A stretch of DNA of 63,358 nt, the filler included, from Choristocarpus tenellus KU-1152 (taxonomy: Eukaryota; Protista; Phaeophyceae): NCBI GenBank assembly GCA_964200185.2. It is 13 parts of 13 records of this genome, joined end to end, with 100 filler letters (N's around TTAATTAATTAA, not from the genome) between each part and the next. Parts side by side here need not be neighbours in the genome. Positions count along the whole stretch, not along the records: positions 1 to 7,343 come from CAXNAD020006305.1; positions 7,444 to 12,528 come from CAXNAD020011929.1; positions 12,629 to 15,819 come from CAXNAD020021654.1; 10 more parts are not named here. One strand, 5' to 3'. The notes under the pieces were generated by a model. The model searched no databases. It was not told the DNA's origin and saw only the letters and a program-made list of their open reading frames with translations. The translations under genes were made by a program, and so were the position numbers. Shown here one piece after another: positions 1-13,081 of the stretch. Each line of letters begins with the position of its first letter. The first letter of the stretch is position 1.

Positions 1-88
1 GAAGAAGTTGTGGGGGGGGAGTGGGAGGTTGTTTTGGGGGGGGGGGTGGGTGTTTTGGGGGGCAAAGGGGGGGGGGGGGGGGGGGGGG

Positions 89-245
89 GAGTCTACACTA
101 GGGTGTCCATTTGGGCCCTGACCAGGAAAAGTGCGCTTACATTATGCATCCGACACATGCAACCAAGTCACCGAAAAATCACTACATGGAAAAATGGACC
201 CCAAATGAACAGCTGCCATCCCCCCCCCCCCAGGTACTTTGAGCC
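89..245 (-). mobile_element. MITE family B copy (left end lost in the poly-G at contig start)
   Basis: Reverse complement of the complete copy at 45576-45749; ends in C-run-CAGGTACTTTGAGCC. Confidence 0.85.
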
Positions 246-299
246 TTCAGATACTTGAGTTGTTTGAAGTATTTCATTTCATTCCCACTGACATACGTT

Positions 300-1500
300 T
301 GAGATGCCATTAGAGGAGTGAACCTATATAGAAGAGAAGAGAATGTGATAGACACAACCAATAGTGGTGTCCACACTTCTTCGTCCCAAGATGGTGTTAA
401 GCGACATCCAGCTCTGTCTAGAACATACAGAGATCATAGGCTTCCGCTTTCAGTAGGGGGGGTTGATGGGGGCTTGCGGGATTGTCCAAGCATCCCAGAA
501 TTGGGTTTCCTCTTCATGGAGTTGCCGCTGGAGTTGGGGAGGATGAAGTAATCTGAGGCTGATCGGTGTGAACTGAAGTCTAACTGTGGTGGGTGTGGTT
601 GTGATGATCATGCCCGTGCGCATGGACAACATGTTGGTGGGAATGGAGGTGGACTCGGGGGATGTTGGTGATGTGATTGAGGGCTCGACAGAAGGGTCCT
701 GGTGGTGAATTTGGGAGAGGTATAGAAGTTCATGGGGGGTGTATGGGTAGTAGGGATTGAGCATTGGAGATCTGGCTCAGTGATGTGGCATTTGGCAATA
801 TGAACTAGCTCCCAACAATATTTAGTGGGGTGGAGAGGGAGGGACCATTTCTTGGCGGTTACTACATGCAGACGGTTAGGGTTAGGGTGGGCAGAAAGTG
901 GCTGGACGGAATGGAGGGACCAATTCCTGATGCTTATTTGTGGGGTGTGTGGAGCAGTGGTCTCATAGGAAGGAGTAGATGGTTACACTACTGTCTGCAA
1001 CTGCGAAGGCCGGTAGTGTTTCATTGCGCGGAGTTCTCAAACTGGGGTAGGTGTGTTCGGGCGAATGCTCAAGAAAATATTGTTTTTCTTTTTTTTGTTG
1101 TTGTGGCAGCGTGTCGTTTGAGGATTTAGTGGAGGAGGACTGTGATGTGGAGTCATTGAGGTCGCCCCCCCCAAAAAAAAAAGAAAAAAAAAAGACTGTC
1201 TTTCTCGGACATCCATTTCCATCGAGTGCGTTAGTTGGAAAGGGAAAGGAAGAGATGTCGATCGAGTATTTAATCACCTGCTGAGGTCAAACACGCTGAT
1301 CTTTCTACGAGGATACGGCTTCTAGGTTGATCGTGCCTAGGGGGCGTTCGTTGTCAAGAGTATTTTTGGTGATTTGAGTTTGTTTTTTGTGTTCAGTTGT
1401 TGTAGAGCTTATATTTTTGGCTTTGCATCAAGAGCAGGCGTGTTTGTATGTGTCAAGAATATGTCCCAAGTCGTTCGTCGTGGGGAAGATTGCGTGGGAG
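300..1500 (-). mobile_element. Highly decayed LTR-retrotransposon (Copia-like) gag remnant
   Basis: Broken minus-strand frames with a degenerate zinc-knuckle-like segment (~850-880) and a Pro/Thr-rich tract, in a layout resembling the Copia relic at 46314-48100. Weak. Confidence 0.25.
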
Positions 1501-1859
1501 ACCGTTTTTTTGTTGGGGAAGCAAGTGCAATCGGGTTTATCAGAGTAGTGGATAACTATGGATTGAGGAGTTGATGCAGGAATGCATCCATTGAAACTGG
1601 AGTTCGGGAGTGGGAATGCTATGAAGCGTGATGAGTATTCTAGTGAATAGCCTTGAGTGGATGACTTTCAGTCATTGCTGGTGAGAGATGCTCCTTTTTC
1701 TGGTGGAAGGGTTCCCATTGTCTGTCTTCCTCCTTTCCATCCGACAAAGGAGATATCGAGTACTCTAAAGTATGCATACATGTATGTACACAAGTATTGG
1801 AAAAACAAGAGCTTTTTTTGATATTTAAGAGGAAGAAGGAACAAGAAATCATTGTATGT

Positions 1860-3250
1860 AGCTGTCCAGCTGTAGGTCTAGACTAGTTACGCTATGGATC
1901 CCAGCTTGAGATAAATAACTATGACTATGCCCTGGTGCTGTGACTGGATTCTTCTGGCCTAAAGGTGGCAGCTGGCTCCTTGGTATCCTTGACAGGCTGT
2001 CATGGGCACACCTTCAGTCAAGATGCTGTGCAGGAAGGCCGGAAGCTGCACTGTTGTTGGGTGCCAGCTTTTTATCTCTCATGACTGCTGCAATACTCCC
2101 ACATGGAAATAACACATGCTCTGAGTCATCTGCCTGGGGAGTGGGAGGAGTTTCCAAGACACAGTGCTGTCTTCTTGTTTGCTGTTGGTTGAGCAAGATG
2201 TTCTCTTATTATCCACCCTATGGCATGCCACAAAATTCAAGGAATCAACTTGCCCCTAGGCTGACTGCTCCATGTGCACCCTCAATAGTGCCTTCACAGC
2301 ACCCATTCACCAGCAACAGCTGAACTTCAGGTGGCATGGACAGTGTGTTCACTGTTCTGTACTGTGTCCTAGCTGTGTCATCCATTTCAGGCCTTGACTC
2401 CTCCTTGTCCAGGATGCCAACCACCTCCAACTCAACTGGTTTGATTTTCTGCCTTGTGGAAGATTGTTTTTGAGGTATCTGACAATGACTCCCTTGTACT
2501 CCTAAGTAGTTTATGGCATTGTACTGCTGTGCAGAAGGCAAGAAGACCTGGGGCAAGCATGGTTGACCAAAAGTCTGGAAGGCGTCTCTTCCCATAGGAT
2601 TATACATACATACCAGTGGTGCTCTATGTATAAGCCTCTTGATGTTAATTACCAGATGTTCTTTTTTTTAAGGTCAAGAACTCCGTGGTGTGAACATTCA
2701 CTACTTGGCAATATGTTGAAATTTAATGCTCCTTCCTCCCCCTCCTGCCCTTGGTTACCTGCCATTTTCTTCCCCACTCTCTCCTACCTCACCTTGGGGT
2801 TCCCACCCTCTCCCCCCTACCTTTGGCATGCATTGAAATAAACCTACCAGCCTTCCTGATGCATTCCTTATAGTGTGTGGAGACCACTTTGGGCTCATTG
2901 TGGACAGGCACCATCAGTCAACTGCTATTATTGAGGCCCCAGGGCATGAAAAAGAAATTGGCAGCAAAACACCCCTCCCCTGTAGGGTAGAAGAGGAAGG
3001 GCATGGGAGGCGGCAGGGGGGAGTGAGGATTCTGCCTGAAAGGATCAAAGCTACAAGTCTTGCAGCTGCAGTGGATGCTGCAGCAGTGAGGGGGGATCGG
3101 CTAGAGGCAAAAGAGCTCATGTCACTGGAAGCATCACATGGGAGGGTTGCCAGGCTGGGGGAGGAAGGTGAGTTTTGATTGAGATAAGAGCACCTGTTGT
3201 CACTGAGGGGACTACTTGGAGGGTCCCTGGTTGTCCAGTCAAGAAGAGCG
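1860..3250 (-). mobile_element. Decayed CRE-like non-LTR retrotransposon fragment (region just upstream of RT)
   Basis: Minus-strand peptide SIAAVMRDKKLAPNNSAASGLPAQHL resembles the SA.G.SGL...HL motif preceding RT in RLE-type LINEs; RPTAG follows at ~1870; many stops and frameshifts. Confidence 0.4.
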
Positions 3251-6200
3251 TGTTTGTTGGCTTTGCCGACCTATCAGTATTTTGCTATCTATATTGTGGG
3301 TGTTTAACAGTTTCTTCAGTATTTTTTTTTTGTATCCATTGGCTGATCATTATCTTTTGTACTTGACCACAAACATCTAGTGTGCAAGTTTTGTCGTTTT
3401 TCTCATCCTTTTCCAGTCAAGACCTCACATATTTTGTGTAATGTTTGAAGGACTGTCATATCCCCCCCCCTAAAAAGTCCTCTCATATCTGCATCTCCCT
3501 CTCTTGTAGACATCATTTTGTAAGGCCTTGTGGGCAAGCAATCCCATGCTGGTAAGAGATAGGCACCTTGGATGGCACTGCACTCAGTAGAACATAGACA
3601 ATATCGTGTTGCTTTTGTGTACAATAGATCACTCACGCTGCAAATCTCTCCGTCTCCCAATAATTTGATCGCATTACATAAAAATACTTCCATACCCACC
3701 TCCCCACTCTTCCATCAGGTCGCAAACCATGGACTGTGGATGCCTCTCTTCACCCCTGGTTGGTTGGGACTTGCCCTCTTCTCTCCTATTGGTTGGTTGT
3801 ATCCACTGACGGAACCACAGTGACGTTTCACAATCGGCACCCAAAGGGCGTAGTAGGTCAAGTTGGAAAAGCCCAGGAGATGACTTGGGGAGGGCAAAGC
3901 CTTCTAGGAGTGTGGGAGGTGGTAGAGAGCACTTTGGAGGGGGGGAGGGAGGCACTGGAGCGTTTACTACAAAACGGGGAATTGGGCAGAGAGGTAGCAG
4001 GCACTAGTGTTGGAGGGAGCAATTACCAAACAGTCCTGTCTAAGCTGTGAAAATTCATATCTTACTGACATTGTGTAATGTATAGATCCCTTGAATGGTA
4101 ATAATACTAAGTGATGTGACTGTGTTCTTGTCCACTTGTACTTCAACTTCGTCAATTTGCTTTCTGAAAACAATCCAAGTCTCACAACCTTTTCTCACGT
4201 AATGTATGGATATACTGATACTACCTATTCAGCAGGATAGTGCTTGGAGATAATCAAACTATGTTGATAGTGTATCATAACTTAGAAGAGCAAGACATGC
4301 GTGGGAGTTGCCCATTATCTCCAACCAACCCTTTGCCGCTACAATCAGGAGTAACAAAGACCAAATTTGTTACCTTGCTGATTTTTCCTGTTGCGGCTGA
4401 TGTGAATGGGGGATCTTTTCCACCTGAAATAATAAAATAAATAAATAATACTGTGGAGTAAAAAGAGTCGGTTTATTTTTGTGCCCACCACTGTTCTGTA
4501 GTCTTTTGGAGAGTCAAGTTCTGTAAAGAGGTCTCTGTCTACTCCATCACGGAATACATGCTCATCTTCTGTCCATTTGCCATACACCAAACTCTGTCCG
4601 ATATCCAAAAATCACTTTCAATAAAAAATGTGGGAAATGTATTCCAACCAAACCACTAAACCACCTTCTCACCTGTGGTAGAGCTTAGACTATGCATTGG
4701 GATACTCAAAGAGTTTACTGCTGAAACCAGCATGCAATCTCTCAAGAAGGACCACGTGTGTGTGTGTGCCAGCAATGGTTCAGGGGTGTGTGATGATTCA
4801 ACACCCTATTAAGCACCGCTAGGGCACCAAGTGGGCAACACCCACAGGAACACACCCCATCACCCTCTAAAGTTCTGATATGGACTTGCGTATGAAACAG
4901 GAGTTCCACTATTTAGTATGGCTATGCAACGAGATGTACAACACCCTCCTGTATATAACCCGTCCTACACTGAAATAAAAAACCAAGCGGTCAAGCTGGC
5001 AATACACAGCAAGATATATCTCAGCCTTTTCCATCATAGAGCCCCAAGAGATCAATCAACAGCAAAATCATAAGACTTGACATCAAAATAAAAACAAGCA
5101 ACTGTTACTCGGCCCTCAAGATCAATACTTAACCTAACCTTCAAGCAAAACAACACCACACTTGAGGAGGTATTGTTGGGTCATTATGCATGAGGAAAAT
5201 TCTCGTGTTCAGAAAATAGCACATCATAAACTCAAACAAAACACACTGGACTCTCTTAATAACAGTACAGTATGGTTGGTACCAACAGACTCTCAGATAC
5301 ACAGTGTTCCTGTCACAGGCGGCTGCACAGAAAAAAAAAATCCACTCGGAAAAAAAAACAAATGTTCAATCAAAACCGAAAGTATCGAACGATCCTCAAA
5401 GCACGCTTTTCCGAGGCCAAAATACCCGAGGTTCCCCCACACGAGCTTTCCAACCCCCCTCTCAACGAGGATGACGTTAATTTCGCAGTCGAGAAGTAAG
5501 ATTTATCCTTGTTGTCATGGACCACACACAGCCCCACTGCATAAGATCTAACATACTGTGACTGCAACTACATGCAAATCCAATCGTAGCAACAGAGCAC
5601 ACACAGAACACGTGATCCTTACCCTCCTCCAGATCCTGAAGCGCGTTGCATTTGTCTACACATGAATTTGTCATTCCTACCACAAGCGAGTGGCTACTCT
5701 TGCTCCAACTTTTCCTTCAACCTCAACAAACCTCAAACCACTCACACTAATGACACTGGCCCAGCATACAACTTCCAGTGCAATCCCTGCGCTACCCTCC
5801 CCATTCCAATGGTCGCGTATAGGAACACAAAGGTGACTGAGTTTCATTTCAGCTCTTATGCACCCTTCCTCGAAGAAACCACTTTCAAGTAAAAAGTCAG
5901 TTTGACGATTTGACCTTCAGGGTGCCGAAAACATGATGAGCAAGGTGCCCGAAGGAGGGAGGGGGATAAGGGGTAATACTTGAGGGGTTTAACTTGGGAA
6001 GGGTGACCATAACAAACATAAGCCGTGGTGTATTCCCCAAAACAACACAGCACAACAAATCTGATGCAACAACAACGAAACCACTTCTTTGCTCAAAAAA
6101 ACGACACTTTTAATGATCCAACAACATAGTAGTCTTAATAGAGAAAATCAGCATCAAAAACGTGCAATAGTCTCTACCAAACAAGCCTTCTGGATCCCTG

Positions 6201-6292
6201 CTCAAAGCAAGAAAATGTTTCTGGAATACCAGTGATGAATTCCATCCCTATTCGCCCTACTTCACTCAACAGTCCATAGAGCCAGCACTCAC

Positions 6293-6998
6293 CGTTTCCT
6301 TGAAAGACTTTGCTGCTGTGAATGCAGGCAAGGTAGACGCAGCAATCTCAAGTGGTTCACCAGTAGAGGGGTTGCGTCCGGTCCGTCCAGCCCGATCTCT
6401 AGCTTCAAATGATCCAAAACCCTTAAATGTTACCTTCTTCTTAGCTGCATGTGTATAACCAGAGGAGAGAGCAGCGGAAGGGGCAGTGTGTACACCGGTT
6501 TAGAAGCAAGGATAGCAAACGTCTAAGTACCTTTTGCATTTCCCATGTCAAGTGTCATGCGACGCCCGCTATCAGTATGTACATGGTGAATGGAGGGAAG
6601 GGAATGGGAAGGTCTGGAGAAAACTCCTTAAAAGCTGTGCATACCTGGGACCCTACACACGGTATTTTGAGCTTCAGGGAATGCTACATCAAGCAAGGGA
6701 AGTCTTGTTCAAGACATCTGCAGGTCTATCTACCTAAGGGAAGGTCAAGGAGACTTCACATTCCTCTTCTGCACTCTGGAGCATTGTAGCATGGTGGCAA
6801 CAGGACCTCCAGACTGGCCCCCAGAGAGGTAAGAAGAAGGGAGGAAGGAGGATGGTGAGGAAGGCAGTAGAGGGGGCTCATCTGACCTGAAACGGACTCC
6901 ACGATAGTTTCAAGGAGGGCATTGATGGCAGCCTCCGACTGGATCTTCGTCAGCCCTGCACGCTGAGAAACCTGTGCCACTATATCTGCCTTCTTCAT
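6293..6998 (-). CDS. HU: Bacterial-type histone-like DNA-binding protein HU, intron-containing, partial; exons complement(join(6293..6444,6887..6998))
   Basis: Spliced translation MKKADIVAQVSQRAGLTKIQSEAAINALLETIVESVS-AKKKVTFKGFGSFEARDRAGRTGRNPSTGEPLEIAASTLPAFTAAKSFKET carries the HU/IHF signature GFGSF...GRNP.TGE; GT-AG junction in matching phase 1. Confidence 0.93.
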
Positions 6999-7343
6999 CT
7001 GGAGTGGTAGAAGGACAAGAGGTATCGTAAAGGAGCAAAGAAACAGCCACAAGCAGTGTGTCATGATAAGAAAATGTAGATGGAAACCCCCCCTGCAAAA
7101 AAAGAACAAAACAGTAGGTGCAGGAGAAACTTCACACACTACAGTGTGTAGCCTAAGCATGCATAAATGTGCACGTGTACCTAACAACAAGCTGGCAGGA
7201 AGGCCACTTCATCAACCATGAAAAGACAGAGTGAAGAAATATTCAACGAAGAGATTGACTCAGCAGTGTGTGTGTCTGTGTGTAGAAAGGGGGGGGGGGG
7301 GGGGGAGGAATAGGCACAGGGGACGCCCCTCGCTTACGCGAAA

Positions 7344-7443
7344 NNNNNNNNNNNNNNNNNNNNNNNNNNNNNNNNNNNNNNNNNNNNTTAATTAATTAAN
7401 NNNNNNNNNNNNNNNNNNNNNNNNNNNNNNNNNNNNNNNNNNN
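7344..7443. other. Artificial contig spacer N44-TTAATTAATTAA-N44; identical spacers at 12529-12628, 15820-15919, 19851-19950, 23566-23665, 27108-27207, 31092-31191, 38576-38675, 46135-46234, 54001-54100, 57556-57655, 60542-60641
   Basis: The same 100-nt string occurs 12 times; TTAATTAATTAA puts stop codons in all six frames. Additional 10-N scaffold gaps at 32931, 36542 and 37590. Confidence 0.99.
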
Positions 7444-7744
7444 GAACAGTGGGGGGGGGGGGAGTTAGTTTTTTTTTCGGAATATTTTTTCGCGTAGAAT
7501 AATTTTGTTCGATTCAGAGTTATCAATACTGAGAATGATATGAAACAAATGTTTCTTTTTCTTTTTCTTGGGAATCATAATCCTCGCCATTTGTTATTGA
7601 TTAGCAATGTGTATATATATTTTTTATGAAAAAATTTGTAAACGGGTTTTCTGCCGTTGCTCCCCCAGTGGTGTTGTCCTGTCTTTTCTGGAGTGTGTAT
7701 ATGTATTGATGTGTATGGATTGACAGTACTTGACATGAATACAG

Positions 7745-10700
7745 GTATGGGTGGACCGATTGAATTCACTCCAACGCCCCTGTCATACAAGGCCCCTGCT
7801 GAGAGCTATGTCGACAAGGTGAGAGAGAGAGTCAAATAGGTGTGTATGTGTGTGTGTTTTGTCTGTTTTGAGTCTGAATTGATGTATTCTTAAAACTTTG
7901 TTTTGAAGGAGCATAATGACTGCATGAGAAAAAGGGTCTCTACATGGGTAGCAAATTGCTTGTTCTGGTGAGGGTAACAAATGTATGATTAACAAATGTA
8001 CCCATGAAACTGTTTAAATGCTGCAGACTGGTTGAAGTGTTCTCATGGGATGAATGATTGGGAAGTCAGGGGGGAGGGGGGGGGGGGCTTGGAACTCAGT
8101 GGCACCCCTCATCTTGGTTTTTGTCTTATCAATAAAGTGTGTGTCTTGTGTATCTTGAAATGTTCTTGTATGGGTTGTAGAATATAATTATAATATGATG
8201 CATTGTAGATGTTCCTTACTGCAGAGGTTGGGGTTAGGGCTGGGAGATTACATGCAGCTGTGATTTGGAGAGGGTTGTTCCTCTTGAGGTGTAGATTTGG
8301 AGTGTTTGGTAATAGTGTAGTAGTGTAGTAGTGATAGATAGTAAGAGTAAGAGTAAGAGTAGTAGAGGATTTTGGAGAGTGTGATGAAAGTGATGAAGGT
8401 TGGGACTTGAGGGCCCGTCCTGTGAGGAGTAGTAGAGGAGTATAGTGTGTGCTCTAGCACGATATCTGCTCCACCTTCTTCTGGTGGAGTTAATTTGTTC
8501 AAATTTTTCGAAGAGGTGTTGGTATTTGGTTTTTCATGGGCTTGGTAAGGCGTTGGGCTACATTTCTCGGGGATGAGTCGTAGTTTTGTGGTGTTCGGGA
8601 TGAGCTTTCGTCTACCTTTGCAATGGTGTATTTGTTGTTGAAATGACTGCAGCTGGTGTTCTAGTACCTTGGAGGCGTATGCAGATTCACATTCAGGACT
8701 GATTTAACTCTATTTACGCCCCTGGTGCGCTGATGTCTGAAATGTTGTGTTGACAGCTTGACAGCTGGGTCGTTAGGTGTGTCTCTTTGAGATGTACGAT
8801 GAAGCACTAGCTGTCATTTTATTTTTTATGTAACTGTCATTTTATTTTTTTATGTAACTGAAATACCGCGTTGGTTGTTATATTCCCCTTGCCTTCTTGG
8901 TGTGCGTGATGCCCTTTTTTGTACTGTGTACCTGTGTGTGTGTGTTTTGTGTCTTGTGTTTGTAATAATTGTGGGTTTTTTACTAGGTTGTGATAACTGC
9001 CAATGAGAACGACAAGTACCTGGTGAAAGTTCTTCTGAGGCAGACTCGCAGGCCAGAGGTGAGTTGAGATTTAATAATAATAATAATGAGATTGAATAAA
9101 TAATATTCAACTGTTGGACAAAAATGTTTTTCTTGTGAATTTTCTTTTAGTGTCTGTGTCTGTGGCATGGTCTATTGTGTTTATTTATTTATTTTTTCTT
9201 GTGAATTTTCTTTTAGTGTCTGTGTCTATGGCATGGTCTATTGTGTTTATTTATTTTATTTTTTTCTTGAATGAATACGTGTGAGTGAGTGCCAGTGTGA
9301 AATGGTGATGAGGGAGTAAGTAGTACACGGTTCAAGTAATCTTGTTGGTAAGGGTTTTTTTTTAGTGTTCAGCGTTATTTATTATTATTTTAGTGTAAAA
9401 TGGAGTGCAATCAGCGAAAAAGAATAAAATTACAACTATAAATGTTATTTATTATTATTATTGTTCTTATTATTGTGAATGAGCCTGCAGTAGAAAAAGA
9501 TTCGATTGGTGGATTTGAGTGGAATCAAATTTTCAAATAATTGAACTGAGCTGTAGAGGAACTGTATTGGTATGTCACATGAGAAGGTGACCAATTGGCA
9601 AGTGGTAGAGTGAGGGCATAGGATTGAAGCTTCGGTGGTTCTCAGCAGAGGCAGGTACAAGGATATGGACAGACAGTGAGTGAAATTTGTAGTGGGTTGT
9701 GGGTGGTGACACCTTGTGATGAAATGTGTTATTTCTTCTGTGACCTCCTGTCAGGTTGTATTCCATTGTGATTGTATTGGTTTGTTTTTCTAACTGAATA
9801 GTTGAACCTTTTCAATTCTGTTAGGGTTAGGGTTATTTGTTGGACTGTTGCGGTTCAGATCTTTTAAGGGGTCTGTCTTGTGAGAGGATTTTGTAAAAAG
9901 AAAAAAAGATTGACTAAGTCGGGTCTGGTCTGTGGTGTGTTTTGCTTTGCGTAGAGGGCTGTGTTGATAGGTAACGTGGGGTCATGTGATGTCTTTGAGT
10001 AGATTTTAAAAAATATATATCTCGGTGCATGTTTTTTTATTAAGGGTGTGGTTTTGATATATATTGTATGGCATACGGGCTAGGGTTAGGGTTAGGGTGT
10101 GAGCCAGAGTAACTGAGAGGTAGGGAAGGTTGCATTTTGAGGATCATGAGGAATGGCATGTATATCCCATTTTGTAGAATTTCAGAAAGAGCCGTTCTTG
10201 CTGTATTGTGATGCCAATCACTTTGGGTGTAGAGAGGGGGGAATATCAATTTTGCATTCACTATTGTAGCACATAATGCGACGAAATAAGGTATACTGAA
10301 CAGGGTACAAGAAAGAGGACTCAATATGCGAAAGGGATCAATACCTGCCTCAATTTTTATTACTTTTACTTTGGCTCTTGAAAACATGCTTGTTCTTTCC
10401 TCCTGTTGTTCGAATTTTGAAAAAAAGAAATCAAGTATCTTTAATTATTCTTTAAAGAATAATAAGAAAGAATCACCGTGTCATGGATTTTCCCCTGCCT
10501 TACCCTGTATGATACTGGTTTGGAGTTAAAGGGGTAAGCTTTATAATTAGTTTGAATTTTTTTCCACCTCTGAACTGTTTCGCTTTAAGAAGATTTTTCT
10601 ATTCTATAATTATTGTTTTATTTTGAAAAAAAAAGAGAGTGAATTAATTGTTCTAATGTCCATACCCATTGCCGATACGTAATGTTGTACAAACCACAGC

Positions 10701-11727
10701 TTACTTGTGTTCAAGCTCAGGTCTTGACAAGTTTTGAAACCATCATGCCTGTGTGTAACATGCCTTGTTTGTCCGTCCCTACCTCTATCTCTATGTTTGT
10801 GCTTCTCCTCTTTCATCCCCCTGCCCATGTGGTTTTTGTATTTGTGGTGTTGATGGAGTTGTAACAAATGATCTGAATTGGGATTGGTTTGTTCTTTTTG
10901 GACATGTAACAATACTCCAACATTCACGCTAGCAGTAGTTGCATTCTTCCAACATGCCATGCAATACGATACAAAACCGTGTGGCACAATTTTTAGTATA
11001 GTTAGATACGTCATTGTTGTGTGTTAAGAGAGGTCATGTTGGGTGAGGAGGTGCGCAGCGCGATTAGTATAAACATACACACACATGACAATATGACTCA
11101 AATACATACACACAGAAGTACATCCATGCACAACAGTTAACATTCCTTATGTGTATATATATACTTACTCATATACATATGTATGGGTATATATGGGTAT
11201 ACATCGGTGCCCTGTCTACACGCAGTATTTCATTTGAAATACCTTGTATGTATTATGTATGTATGTGTTTATGTATTATGTACATGTATGTATGTATGTG
11301 TATATGTATTATGTATGTATTATCTATGTATGCATATATATGTATGTATGTATGCATATGTATGTATGTGTGTATGTATTATGTATGTATACGCATAACT
11401 ACATACCTGTGCGCATGCACTTCAGTGCCTTATCTGCAGGCGTTTTTTTTCAACACTCCTTATGTGTATTGATGTATATTGACACACCGTTGTGCTCACG
11501 CGTGACTTGCCATTGATGTATATTGATGTATATTGACCGATTTCCCTTCCAAGGTGGGAGACAAGTTTTCATCACGACATGGTCAGAAGGGAGTGTGTGG
11601 GATAATTGTCAATCAAGAAGACATGCCCTTTGCAGACAGTGGCGTATGTCCAGACCTCATCATGAACCCACATGGATTCCCATCAAGAATGACTGTGGGA
11701 AAGATGATCGAACTGGTTGCCGGAAAG
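7745..11727 (+). CDS. RPC2: RNA polymerase III second-largest subunit, internal part; exons join(7745..7818,8987..9058,11554..11727)
   Basis: Spliced: [24 protein letters not shown]|[24 protein letters not shown]|[70 protein letters not shown] plus the Pol III-type [12 protein letters not shown]; all junctions GT-AG, phase 0. Confidence 0.96.
9130..9268. repeat. Intronic tandem duplication, ~65 bp x2
   Basis: TTCTTGTGAATTTTCTTTTAGTGTCTGTGTCT(G/A)TGGCATGGTCTATTGTGTTTATTTATTT repeated head to tail. Confidence 0.9.
9500..10400 (-). mobile_element. Decayed RLE-type LINE 3' fragment in an RPC2 intron
   Basis: Minus strand [23 protein letters not shown] (Y..RHN-like) followed by RPDLV at ~9915-9927, the motif order seen in restriction-like-endonuclease LINEs. 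Confidence 0.35.
11149..11400. repeat. Degenerate (TATG)n microsatellite
   Basis: Direct inspection; generates spurious M/Y/V/C-rich ORFs. Confidence 0.9.
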
Positions 11728-13081
11728 GTGAATAGTGTAAACATTCTACTGTAGTATTTCCGAGGTTCTTCTGGGCGCTGGGAGTTGCGCTCCTTCCTGC
11801 CTATCCACCCCACCACCCTCCCACTGTGTTTTTTTTCCTGAGTTTTTTTTTTAATAATTGTTGTTGGGGGTAATTTTGTTCTTTGATTTATGACGTCACT
11901 ACTACTGGGTGGGGGATACGATACTGCTGTGAACAAAATATTTTCCTGTTGAAAGAAATTGATGTTCCCAAGACTTGTGTATGTAAATTACTCGATTAAT
12001 TCCTTATTGTGCAGATCAGGTTTTGAACATTAAGGAAGGAAGGAGGAAGGAAGGGCGAACATCGAAGCCCAAAAGGGGGGGGGTCCTTGTCACCTTATTG
12101 TTCATATTCTGAAAACACGTCACTCACTCTGTGTCCCTTCCTACAACCTCCTATCAATTATCCCATATTATTATTATTATTGAACCATAGTCCGACGACC
12201 GATTACTTGTCCTACAGAATTTTCTTTTACACAGAAAAAAAAAATGCATGTTCTAAAAAATTTCGAAGTATGATATTTTTTATCTTTTTTTATATAAAGA
12301 TGAAAACACAAGTGTACGTGTAAAGTATGGTTTTTGACTTTTTTTTATTTACTTCAGAGGTGTGTGCGTGTTACTGTTTTTTGTATGTTTGTGGAGTGCC
12401 TTCAACACCCTCCACTCTGACCCCTCTCCATTACGTCTGGATGATGTGTTCTCCTCTCTTAAGTGATTTGAGTCTCATCACATCGCTCTCTAGATCCACC
12501 CCCACCCCACCCCCTCCCCTCCCCTCCCNNNNNNNNNNNNNNNNNNNNNNNNNNNNNNNNNNNNNNNNNNNNTTAATTAATTAANNNNNNNNNNNNNNNN
12601 NNNNNNNNNNNNNNNNNNNNNNNNNNNNCTAGTCAATTTTGGGTCAAGCCCATCCTCAATGAAAAGCTCCATCCTCAATTATTGAAATCTGCTGTTACTG
12701 GTGGATTAGGAAAGAGGATGGAGAGCCAGTGACAGATATATTTTACCTACTGACTCATAGTGTCCAGATATCTCTTTGTCAAGTTCAAGATACACATACC
12801 ATACTTAAAACAAGTAAATAAGTGATTCATAGTAAATTAGTGTGGACGATTGCAAACCCCACACTATTCAGTCAGTCAGCGGAATCGAGACCATAATAAG
12901 CCCTTTGTAATATTAATATGAACTTTGCATATCTACATTAAGCTGTTCATTGTCCTTCATCAAAGCACCAAAGCCGCCGGTCCAGTGTGGGATACTTCAA
13001 CACGCTACGTAGCGGACCGATTATTCCTTGGACATTGTGCTGATTGACGAGGCTAGTAGTGAACAAGTTATTGTGTGCAAG

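Noticed and set aside
6756-7190. 144-aa ORF as a bacterial HU gene or contaminant
   Set aside because: Only 6887-6998 is HU-like; the domain is split by a GT-AG intron, so it is a nuclear gene.
7388-7399. Recurrent TTAATTAATTAA palindrome
   Set aside because: Artificial linker embedded in N runs; any gene neighbourhood across it is meaningless.
11149-11516. Three overlapping Met/Tyr/Val/Cys-rich ORFs
   Set aside because: Translations of a (TATG)n microsatellite inside an RPC2 intron.
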